From Eledone cirrhosa (taxonomy: Eukaryota), in contig OZ024743.1 of the NCBI GenBank assembly GCA_964016885.1, positions 331,576,001-331,640,000 of the forward strand: a DNA stretch of 64,000 nucleotides, written 5' to 3'. The notes beneath the pieces were generated by a model. That model had not been told where the DNA came from. It made no database searches and saw only the letters and a program-made list of their open reading frames with translations. Of the stretch, positions 52,857 through 64,000 are shown one piece after another; position 1 is the first letter of the stretch; the number at the start of each line of letters is the position of its first letter. The position numbers and the translations under genes were made by a program.

Positions 52857-55125
52857 AGGTTGTGGTGGTGGAGGTGATGATGGTGGAGTGATGGTGGTGT
52901 AGGTGGTGGAGGTGATGATTGTGGTTGTGGTGGAGGTGATGGTTGTGGTTGTGGTGGAGGTGATGGTTGTGGTTGTGGTGGAGGTGATGGTTGTGGGTGG
53001 TGGAGGTGATGGTGGTGGTGGAGGTGGTGGAGGTGATGGTTGTGATGGTGGTGGTGGTGGAGGTGATGGTTGTAGTGGTGGAGGTGATGGTGGTGGAGGT
53101 GATGGTGGTGGTGGAGGTGGAGGTGGTGGAGGTGATGGTGGTGGAGGTGATGGTGGTGGTGGTGGAGGTGATGGTGGTGGTGGTGGAGGTGATGGTGGTG
53201 GAGGTGATGTTTGTGGTGGTGGTGATGGTTGTGGTGGTGGAGGTGGTGGTTGTGGTGGAGGTGATGGTGGTGGTGGTGGTGAAGGTGATGGTTGTGGTGG
53301 TGGAGGTGATGGTTGTGGTGGTGGTGGTGGAGGTGATGGTGGAGGTGATGGTTGTGGTGGTGGGGGTGGTGGTGGGGGTGATGGTTGTGGTGGTGGGGGT
53401 GATGGTTGTGGGGTTGGAGGTGGTGGAGGTGATGGTTGTGGTGGTGGAGGTGATGGTTGTGGAGGTGGAGGTGATGGTTGTTGTGGTGGTGGTGGAGGTG
53501 ATGGTTGTGGGGTGGAGGTGGTGGAGGTGATGGTGGTGGTGGTGGAGGTGATGGTGGTGGTGGTGGAGGTGATGGTTGTGGTGGTGGAGGTGATGGTTGT
53601 GGTGGTGGTGGTGGAGGTGATGGTTGTGGTGGTGGAGGTGATGGTTGTGGTGGTGGGGGTGATGGTTGTGGTGGTGGAGGTGATGGTTGTGGTGGTCGTG
53701 ATGATGGTTGTGGTGATGGAGGTGATGGTTGTGGAGGTGATGGTTGTGGTGGTGGGGGTCCTGGTTGTAGTGGTGGAGTTGATGGTTGTTGGGGTGGAGG
53801 TGGTGGTTGTGGGGGTGGAGGTGATGGTTGTGGTGGTCGTGATGATGGTTGTGGAGGTGATAGTTGTGGTGGTGGAGGAGGTGATGGTTGTAGAGGTGAT
53901 GGTTGTGGTGGTCGTGATGATGGTTGTGGTGGTGGAGGTGATGGTTGTGGTGGTGGAGGTGATGGTTGTGGTGGTGGTGTGATGGTTGTGGTGGTGGAGG
54001 TGATGGTTGTGGTGGTGGAGGTGATGGTTGTGGTGGTGGAGGTGATGGTTGTGGTGGTGGAGGTGATGGTTGTGGTGGTCGTGATGATGGTTGTGGTGGT
54101 GGAGGTGATGGTTGTGGTGGTGGAGGTGATGGTTGTGGTGGTGGTGTGATGGTTGTGGTGGTGGAGGTGATGGTTGTGGTGGTGGTGTGATGGTTGTGGT
54201 GGTGGAGGTGATGGTTGTGGTGGTGGAGGTGATGGTTGTGTAGGTGGTGGAGGTGATGGTTGTGTAGGTGGTGGTGGTGGAGGTGATGGTTGTGGTGGTG
54301 GAGGTGATGGTTGTGGAGGTGATGGTTGTGGTGGTCGTGATGATGGTTGTGGTGGTGGAGGTGATGGTTGTGGGGGTGGAGGTGATGGTTGTGGTGGTGG
54401 TGTGATGGTTGTGGTGGTGGAGGTGATGGTTGTGTAGGTGGTGGAGGTGATGGTTGTGTAGGTGGTGGTGGTGGAGGTGATGGTTGTGGTGGTGGAGGTG
54501 ATGGTTGTGGAGGTGATGGTTGTGGTGGTCGTGATGATGGTTGTGGTGGTGGAGGTGATGGTTGTGGGGGTGGAGGTGATGGTTGTGGTGGTGGTGTGAT
54601 GGTGGAGGTGATGGTTGTGGGGGTGGAGGTGATGGTTGTGGTGGTGGTGTGATGGTTGTGGTGGTGGAGGTGATGGTTGTGGTGGTGGAGGTGATGGTTG
54701 TGTAGGTGGTGGTGGTGGAGGTGATGGTTGTGTAGGTGGTGGAGGTGATGGTGGTCGTGGTGGTGATGGTTGTGGTGGTGGTGGTGATGGTTGTGGTGGT
54801 GGTGGTAGAGGTGATGGTTGTAGTGGTGGAGGCGATGGTTGTGGAGGTGATGGTTGTGGTGGTGGAGGTGATGGTTGTGGTGGTCGTGATGATGGTTGTG
54901 GTGGTCGTGATGATGGTTGTGGTGGTGAAGGTGATGGTTGAGTAGGTGGTGGTGATGGAGGTGATGGTTGTGTAGGTGGTGGAGGTGATGGTTGTGTACG
55001 TGGTGGTGATGGAGGTGTTGGTTGTGGAGGTAATGGTTGTGGAGGTGGAGTGATGCTGGTGGTGGAGGTGATCGTTATGGAGGTGATGGTTGCGGTGGTG
55101 AGGTGATGGTTGTGGTGATAGTGAT
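52857..55125. repeat. G-rich triplet-derived minisatellite (~21-bp GGTGGTGGAGGTGATGGTTGT)
   Basis: Direct reading. Produces spurious T/P/H/G/V-rich ORFs. Confidence 0.95.
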
Positions 55126-55604
55126 TGCACAGTGGCAGTGATATACAGTTTTTCACCAAAAAATGTTGATAATTTGATATTTTCAAATGTTCATTGTCAG
55201 TGTTAACTTAGTTTCTCAGTCATACTAATCTATCTCTGGCAAACAAGGTTAACGTATGTTGATGCCCTAAGGACAGACACTGGTCTGTTGGAGACGCAGG
55301 ACATGGCAGCGATAATGAGGGACAGAAACCGCTGGAGAGAACTCGTCCATGGATCTCGGGAATTTTACCCGCCTTAGATAGATACATGACAAAAAGAAGA
55401 ACATTACTAGAAATCCTATATGTTATAAAATAAAGAGGATGGGTTGAGGTCTAAGTATTTAAACTAAACGACTAATTCTGGTTTAAAAACAAATATCAAC
55501 AGAGACAACAGAAAAATTACCAATTTTCCAACCCCTCTTTTCCCTGCTTGTTCTGACTCCCCTGCTTATTCCACCCTACCCTATTACTTGAGACCCATGA
55601 GTAA

Positions 55605-55740
55605 GTGTGTGGCTTAATTGCAATGATCATAAGGTTGTGGGTTCAATTTCTGGACTGGTCAGAACACTGTGTCCATGAGCAAGACACTAAATATCACATT
55701 GCTCCAGTCAACTCAAGTGAAAAGACACAAGTACCAGTAG
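55605..55740 (+). mobile_element. Degenerate tRNA-derived SINE head
   Basis: TGGCTTAATTG..GGGTTCAATTTC..CCATGAGCAAGACACT..CACATTGCTCCAGT. Confidence 0.7.
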
Positions 55741-56379
55741 TAGGTGGTGGTGGTGGTGGTGAGGTTGTACACTCAGTTGTTTAATGTCAATGAAAACCAA
55801 GTAACCAAGCCTGGCTTTGAGGAAAACTTGAACTAATTTAGTCATAGAGACAATATCATCATCAGCAGCACCATCAACACCACCATGAACATCACCACCA
55901 TCAACATCATAATCACCATCATCACCACTATCACCATCAACATGAACACCATCAACATTATCACCATCAACACAACAACAACACCACCATCATCATCAAC
56001 AATACCACCATCAACACCACCACCACCATCACTATCATCACCATCATCACCATCATCACCATCATCACCATCATCATCTAATGTCAGTTTTCCCTGCCAA
56101 CAAGGGTTGCACTATAGTAAAATATTGCTCAACTATTCTGGGATACACTTCACTGCGTAACAGTCATCAAAATACAGTGTATTCCATGATGTAAGAATAC
56201 ACACGTTGGCAAGTAGAATAGAGGAGAGGGGGGGGGGGGGAGTTTGGACAATGTGTGAAAGATGTTCACATGTTGCAATTGTCCAGAAAATATTCTATCA
56301 GTTGCTTCTCTGTGTTGAAACAAAGAATTAACTGCAGTTTAGGCAGTGAAGCATATCTAGATTTAGATATCTATATTTC

Positions 56380-56453
<74 letters not shown>

Positions 56454-56459
56454 ATATAT

Positions 56460-56496
<37 letters not shown>

Positions 56497-56802
56497 CATA
56501 CGTATATATATATATACACATATATATATATATATATATTTAGTAATAATAATAAATTTGAAGACTATATATATATATACACATATACATATATATATAT
56601 ATAGACATACATATATATAAATACATGTACATATACACATGCACACACACTGAGATATATATATATATATATATACAGGAAATATGGAACTATGGCTGGG
56701 AGATATTACAGCTCATTTCAACTGAGGTTGGTCAATTGGAGGATATATATTAATGTGTTTCCATAAATGGTACAATTGTAGCTTAGGTGGCTTTTAGGGA
56801 CA

Positions 56803-57360
56803 TGGTGAGTGGTGGCGGTGAGTGGTGGTGGTGAGTGGTGGCGGTGAGTGGTGGTGGTGAGTGGTGGTGGTGAGTGGTGGTGGTGAGTGGTGGTGGTGAG
56901 TGGTGGTGGTGAGTGGTGGTGGTGAGTGGTAGTGGTGAGTGGTGGTGGTGAGTGGTGGTGGTGAGTGGTGGCGGTGAGTGGTGGTGGTGAGTGGTGGCGG
57001 TGAGTGGTGGTGGTGAGTGGTGGTGGTGAGTGGTGGTGGTGAGTGGTGGTGGTGAGTGGTGGTGGTGAGTGGTAGTGGTGAGTGGTGGTGGTGAGTGGTG
57101 GTGGTGAGTGGTAGTGGTGAGTGGTGGTGGTGAGTGGTGGTGGTGAGTGGTGGTGGTGAGTGGTGGCGGTGAGTGGTGGTGGTAAGTGGTGGTGGTGAGT
57201 GGTGGTGGTGAGTGGTGGTGGTGAGTGGTAGTGGTGAGTGGTGGTGGTGAGTGGTAGTGGTGAGTGGTGGTGGTGAGTGGTGGTGGTGAGTGGTAGTGGT
57301 GAGTGGTGGTGGTGAGTGCTGGTGGTGAGTGGTAGAGGTGAGTGGTGGTGGTGGTGAGTG
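56803..57360. repeat. 13-bp minisatellite GGTGAGTGGTGGT
   Basis: Period 13, read directly. Confidence 0.95.
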
Positions 57361-58718
57361 GTATGTGGTGGGTGTTGTGGTATGTAGTGAGTGTTGTGGT
57401 ATGTAGTGAGTGTTGTGGCATGTGGTGGGTGTTGTGGTATGTAGTGAGTGTTGTGGTGGGTGTTGTGGCATGTGGTGGGCTTTGTGGTATGTGGTGGGTG
57501 TTGTGGCATGTGGTGGGTGTTGTGGCATGTGTTGTGGTATGTAGTGAGTGTTGTGGTATGTAGTGAGTGTTGTGGCATGTGGTGGGTGTTGTGGTATGTA
57601 GTGAGTGTTGTGGTGGGTGTTGTGGCATGTGGTGGGCTTTGTGGTATGTGGTGGGTGTTGTGGCATGTGGTGGGTGTTGTGGCATGTGGTGGGTGTTGTG
57701 GTATGTGGTGGGTGTTGTGGTATGTGGTGGGTGTTGTGGTATGTGGTGGGCTTTGTGGTATGTGGTGGGTGTTGTGGTATGTGGTGGGTGTTGTGGCATG
57801 TGTTGTGGTATGTAGTGAGTGTTGTGGTATGTAGTGAGTGTTGTGGTATGTGGTGGGTGTTGTGGTATGTAGTGTGTGTTGTGGTATGTGGTGGGTGTTG
57901 TGGTATGTGGTGGGTGTTGTGGTATGTAGTGGGTGTTGTGGCATGTGGTGGGTGTTGTGGCATGTGGTGGGTGTTGTGGTATGTGGTGGGTGTTGTGGTA
58001 TGTAGTGAGTGTTGTGGTATGTGGTGGGTGTTGTGGTATGTGGTGAGTGTTGTGGTATGTAGTGGGTGTTGTGGTATGTGGTGGGTGTTGTGGTATGTAG
58101 TGAGTGTTGTGGTATGTGGTGGGTGTTGTGGTATGTGGTGGGTGTTGTGGTATGTAGTGGGTGTTGTGGTATGTAGTGGGTGTTGTGGTATGTAGTGAGT
58201 GTTGTGGGATGTGGTGGGTGTTGTGGTATGTAGTGGGTGTTGTGGTATGTGGTGGGTGTTGTGGTATGTAGTGGGTGTTGTGGTATGTGGTGGGTGTTGT
58301 GGTATGTAGTGAGTGTTGTGGTATGTGGTGGGTGTTGTGGTATGTAGTGAGTGTTGTGGTATGTGGTGGGTGTTGGGGTATGTGGTGGGTGTTGGGGTAT
58401 GTGGTGGGTGTTGTGGTATGTAGTTGGTGTTGTGGTATGTGGTGGGTGTTGTGGTATGTGGTGGGTGTTGTGGTATGTGGTGGGTGTTGTGGTATGTAGT
58501 GGGTGTTGTGGTATGTAGTGAGTGTTGTGGTATGTAGTGGGTGTTGTGGTATGTGGTGGGTGTTGTGGTATGTGGTGGGTGTTGTGGTATGTAGTTGGTG
58601 TTGTGGTATGTGGTGGGTGTTGTGGTATATGGTGGGTGTTGTGGTATGTAGTGGGTGTTGTGGTATGTAGTGGGTGTTGTGGTATGTAGTGGGTGTTGTG
58701 GTATGTAGTGAGTGTTGT
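57361..58718. repeat. 19-bp minisatellite TGTTGTGGTATGTRGTGRG
   Basis: Period 19, read directly. Confidence 0.95.
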
Positions 58719-59109
58719 TATTGTTGTTGTAAGTGGAGGGTACTCTCTTGTATGTGGTGGCTATTGTTGTGGTATGTTATAGGTGCTCTGTTGTTGTTGC
58801 TGTTGTATATTGTGGGCAGTGTTGCTATTGTTATTGTTCTTGTTGGCGTTGTTGTTGTAGTAGTAAGAGAAGGGTGTTGTTGTTAAATATTGTTGTTGTT
58901 GTTGTTGTGATGGTAATACCCATTGTTCTAGTAACAGATCATGTCACTGTTCATTTATTAAGTCATGTGGAAGAGAAAATCAATTTTGGCCACGATAAAG
59001 CAGTAAAAGTAGACATCAGTTTCTAGTTAGTTTGGCAGCAGATTCTTTCTAAAACAGTTTACTGTAACATAGGAAATAGAACTTCCTACTTATCAAATTG
59101 CCAAAGCGA

Positions 59110-59640
59110 ATCAAATACAGTGTGCAAGAGTGAAAACAGTGCTGGTACCGACATGTGATGTGTATTGATGATGATTGTTGGGTGAAGTAGTGTCAGTTCT
59201 CTTAGTAAAAGGAAGACCTGGACTGGAAGAAAAACTGGACATAAGAGGAATCAAATGTAATGTGCAAGAGAAGTCTGAGCTGATATCGACATGTGATATG
59301 TATAGATGATGATTGTTGGGTGAAGAAGCATCAGTTCTTAGTAGAAGGAAGATGCAGTGGAAGGAAGACTTTGACTGAAAGAAAAACTGGACATAAGGGG
59401 AATCGAATGTAGTATGTAAGAGAGAAGATTGAGCTGGTATCGACATGTGATGTGTATTGATGATGAGTGTTGGATGAAGAAGTGTCAGTTCTCTTAGTAG
59501 AAGGAAGTCCAAGGAAGATCTGAACTGAAAGAAACACTGAACATGAGAAGAATAAAATGTGATGTGTATCAATGAGGATTGTTGGGTGAAGAAGTGCCAG
59601 GAGATCCCAGTGGAAGGAAGCTGCAGTAGAGGAAGATAAA
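59110..59640 (+). repeat. Tandem ~150-bp amplification of a degenerate RTE C-terminal coding segment
   Basis: CTGGTATCGACATGTGATGTGTATTGATGATGA.TGTTGGGTGAAGAAG recurs 3-4 times. Confidence 0.75.
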
Positions 59641-59916
59641 GACAGAGATGATGACAATGGAAGAGGTGGACCTAAAACCAGCTTTACATATATGGAGTAC
59701 AAATACATAGTATAAAGCTTATGTCAAGTATAATAAAGAAACTACTACAGAGGGAGGGAGAGAGGGGGAGGGAGAGATAGGGTGTGTGTGTGAAGAGAGA
59801 GAGTGTGTGAGTAAAGAGAAAAAGAGATACTGTTCATGTGTGTGTGAAGAGAGGTAGTATGTGTGTGTGTGTGTATGTGTGAGAGTGTATGAAAAGAGAG
59901 AGAGTGTGTAAAAAGA

Positions 59917-59947
<31 letters not shown>

Positions 59948-60332
59948 GAGTGTGTGTATGTGTGTGAAGAGTGTGTGTGTGTGTGAAGAGTGTGTGTGTG
60001 TGTGAAGAGTGTGTGTGAAGAGTGTGTGTGTGAGTGTGAAGAGTGAGTGTGAAGAGTGTGTGTTTGTGAAGAGAGCGAGAGTGAATGTGTATGTCTGTGT
60101 GTGCATAGAGAGAGTGAGGGGGCGTTAGTGTCATAAACCAGTCCTTACATAGCTGTATATCCATGACAACAGTAGCACTGTAACCTAACCACTGTCCTGT
60201 AGACACACTGTCTACTACTCCCTCTGATATTTCTACTATTACTACACTGACCTCTGCTCCTTTTAACTGGCTCATTTTATTCCACCTACTCTCCAATTCA
60301 ACCAACTGATCAGTCCTTTCTCCTACTGTCAC

Positions 60333-61335
60333 ATATAACAGTGATACTATATTACTAGATATAAAACAGTGATGATACTATATTACTAGATATATAACAG
60401 TGATGATACTATGTTACTAGATATATAAAAGTGATAATATTATAGTACTAGATATACAACAGTAATGATATTATAGTGCTAGATATATAACAATGATAAT
60501 ACTATAGTACTAGATATACAACAGTAATGCTATTATAGTGCTAGATATATAACAATGATAATACTATAGTACTAGATATACAACAGTAATGATATTATAG
60601 TGCTAGATATATAACAATGATAATACTATAGTACTAGATATACAACAGTAATGCTATTATAGTGCTAGATATATAACAATGATAATACTATAGTACTAGA
60701 TATACAACAGTAATGATATTATAGTGCTAGATATATAACAATGATAATACTATAGTACTAGATATACAACAGTGATGCTATTATAGTGCTAGATATATAA
60801 CAATGATAATACTATAGTACTAGATATACAACAGTGATGCTATTATAGTGCTAGATATATAACAATGATAATACTATAGTACTAGATATACAACAGTAAT
60901 GATATTATAGTGCTAGATATATAACAATGATAATACTATAGTACTAGATATACAACAGTAATGCTATTATAGTGCTAGATATATAACAATGATAATACTA
61001 TAGTACTAGATATACAACAGTGATGATATTATAGTGCTAGATATATAACAATGATAATACTATAGTACTAGATATACAACAGTGATGCTATTATAGTGCT
61101 AGATATATAACAATGATAATACTATAGTACTAGATATACAACAGTGATGCTATTATATTGCTAGATATATAACAATGATAATACTATAGTACTAGATATA
61201 CAACAGTGATGATATTATAGTGCTAGATATATAACAATGATAATACTATAGTACTAGATATACAACAGTGATGCTATTATAGTGCTAGATATATAACAAT
61301 GATAATACTATAGTACTAGATATACAACAGTAATA
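60333..61335. repeat. 31-bp minisatellite organised as a 62-bp A/B dimer
   Basis: TATAGTACTAGATATACAACAGTAATGATAT alternates with TATAGTGCTAGATATATAACAATGATAATAC. Confidence 0.95.
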
Positions 61336-61569
61336 TATCATTGATTTTACGTTGACTTTTTTATGGTGACATAGGTTGGACAGGAGCAGCCAGAGTAGGA
61401 ACTTTGTGCGGTGGATTCTCTCTCGATGTGAATAGTATACACAAGATGTAGTGGGACTGTGGCAGACTAACAAAAGTAAAGACAGACTTTGTATGTGGCA
61501 GATGCACAGGAATAGTGTGTTGTAAATGCAGCAGTAAAATTATGTTCCCAATCTCAGGGACATACCATA

Positions 61570-62105
61570 GAAGTAGTTGATAGGTTCTATTACTAAGGTG
61601 AGCTAATTAGCAGTGCAAGGTGTTACTCTGAAAACACAATAGCTGGAATAACAACATCCTGGAAAGTATAGGGTTCTGCTACCTCTATTGACAATGAAAT
61701 GGGTGAAGGACAGATTGCATGATACCTGTGTGAGAAGTGTAATGTTGCACAGAAGTGCATGGTGCTAAATGAAGAAGATATACGGGGGCTGAAGTGAAAT
61801 GAAGTGAACATGCTTCATTGGACATGTGTGTGATTGTATGAATGAACAATGCACAGATGAACTGAGAAAAAAGCTGGGTATAAGAGGAATCAGATAGATA
61901 TATGATGTGTATGGATGATGAATGGTGGGTGAAGAATTGACAGATAATACCGGTGGAAGGAAGCTGCAGTAGAGGAAGATTGAGAAAAATCTAAGTAGAG
62001 GTGGTTAGAGCTGATCTCAAAAGCCTGAACCTTACAAAAGAAATGGCAGAATAATGGTAGAAAAATAAGGAGGCTGTGCTGGAAAGGACAAGTCTAACCC
62101 ATGCA
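61570..62105 (+). mobile_element. Highly degenerate RTE 3' fragment; an opposite-strand RTE 3' stub follows at 62173-62330
   Basis: GGGTATAAGAGGAATCAGAT, GGAAGCTGCAGTAGAGGAAGA, GAGCTGATCTC and CTAACCCATGCA. Confidence 0.65.
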
Positions 62106-62426
62106 ATCAGATGTAACCCATGCAATCAGATGTAACCCATGCAATCAGATGTAAGAGGATGATAATATATCCTCATCATCATCACTGTTTAACGTCCATT
62201 TTTCCGCGCTAGCATGGGTTAGACAGGTTTTCCTGTCTGAGGCAAGTTGGGTCCAGTGACCTCGTCTTGCTCACACAGAACTGTTTCCTGCTTGGTTTCT
62301 ACAGCTGGATGCCCTTCCTAATGTCAACCACATATATATATATAAATATATAATATAAGGACAAGTGGTTACTCCATTATGTTTATTGGATATACATATA
62401 TGTTTGTCTGCATGTTTGTGTGTATG

Positions 62427-62460
<34 letters not shown>

Positions 62461-62586
62461 TACATACATACATACAAACAAATATGTGTGTGTATGCATG
62501 TGTGTAAGTATGAGTGATATATATATATATATATATATATATACTCACTCATACATACACAAATGATTCTAAGGACATAATTTATA

Positions 62587-62623
<37 letters not shown>

Positions 62624-62897
62624 AACATAAATGTGCATATGTGCATGTATGAGAGTTGGTATATGCATCTATATGCGCGTGTGTGTGTGTATGTGTAATC
62701 TGTAGATGGCAGTAATATTTCACTATCACTATACATGACAGAATGATATTCATTTTATGAATGAATTCTTTAATTCTATTTGATAGTTGCAGCTGTGTGT
62801 GTATATGTGTGTGTATGTATATTATGTGTGTGTGTTTATATATATATATTTATACATATACACATATATACATATACACACATTAGAGTTGTATGTG

Positions 62898-62943
<46 letters not shown>

Positions 62944-63166
62944 CCTCCAATAGCTGTAAGATATATGCATATGTTCATGCATCTGAGAGTTGCATACATA
63001 TATACATACATATGCATGTACATATGTAAACACACACAAGGAAATATTTATATATATGCCTTCATCAAGTACTTTTGCCATTTGTAGAATAAAAAAAAAA
63101 TATATATATATATATATATACATATAAAGTCTCCTTTGCTTTGTTATTTCTGTTTGCCTTTTGTGT

Positions 63167-63203
<37 letters not shown>

Positions 63204-63541
63204 GACACACACACACACACACACATATGTGTTTACAGTTGTTGTTCACATCATATTTCCTAACTTAATCTAATGCAATGTGTCAGTACTGTAGAGAAGT
63301 ATCTGTGGAAGACATTTTATATAAGCAAATTTCATCATATTGTTTACTTAAGTGGTACATAGTGTAAATGTGTGTATGCATGTGATTGCACATGAGTGTG
63401 CGTGTGCGCTCTTGTGTGTATGTGTGTGTCTGCAAGAAATTCCATTCAGTACATGTGTATGTAACTTTGAACAAGCTAATTGAAAGTTAGTTTTTCTGTA
63501 ATATATATGCATATATAAGTGCATAAATATACTTATATCAT

Positions 63542-63606
<65 letters not shown>

Positions 63607-63754
63607 TACATCTCATCATCATCATCGTTTAACGTTTAATGTCTAATGTCTATCTTCCATGCTAGCATGGGTTAGATGGATCTATACATATACATATAGG
63701 TACATATACATATATATATATACATCTATATATACATATATATATATATATACA

Positions 63755-63950
63755 TATCAGGATTAAACCACCATTGAACTAGTTAGACCATTATTCAACA
63801 GAGGACTCAATACTTGGGATAGTAGAGTGTGACTATATTAGAAAGAGGCAGAGCCCGACGGCTGAGTTCTTGCCATTTCCACAGCTAATTCCAGACCGGA
63901 ATTAGCTGTGGAAATGGCAAAAACTCAGCCGTCGGGCTCTGACTCTTTAA
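63755..63950 (+). repeat. Unclassified long-hairpin element, copy 2, followed by (CCTA)n
   Basis: 44-bp arms 63849-63892 and 63898-63941 with one mismatch, and a 5-nt loop. Confidence 0.8.
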
Positions 63951-64000
63951 AACACACCTACCTACCTACCTACCTACCTACCTACCTACCTACCTACCTA

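Noticed and set aside
52803-55186. Mucin- or extensin-like 775-aa ORFs
   Set aside because: Several frames are open, composition switches with frameshifts, and no signal peptide or splice context is seen. This is a repeat artefact.
60149-60332. Possible host exon on the - strand (open frame ending at a GTAAGG donor-like site)
   Set aside because: No recognisable protein similarity, and no acceptor or partner exons are visible.

Overview
This is eukaryotic, repeat-dominated DNA. The repeat landscape (RTE LINEs with (GAT)n tails, tRNA-derived SINEs, huge TA/CA microsatellites) resembles an octopod cephalopod genome; that assignment is inference. I can see no host gene, rRNA, true tRNA or CRISPR array. 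Bases 1-31,300 are a dense nest of young retroelements, almost all embedded in expanded (TA)n/(TATACA)n arrays. The nest holds two RTE-clade LINE families whose RT carries an inserted C4HC3 PHD-like finger (one copy near full length, 20456-24911), a CR1/L2-group LINE, RTE-tailed SINEs, a Penelope-like palindrome with a hammerhead ribozyme fold, and inverted duplications. Bases 31,300-64,000 hold older LINE/SINE remnants, several minisatellites (47, 48, 62, 21, 19 and 13 bp units; the 48-bp unit derives from a LINE 3' UTR), a second hammerhead fold at ~46.3 kb, and two copies of an unnamed long-hairpin element with compensatory changes. Most ORFs in the supplied track are artefacts of simple repeats or antisense LINE frames. 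All alignments and folds were done by eye.
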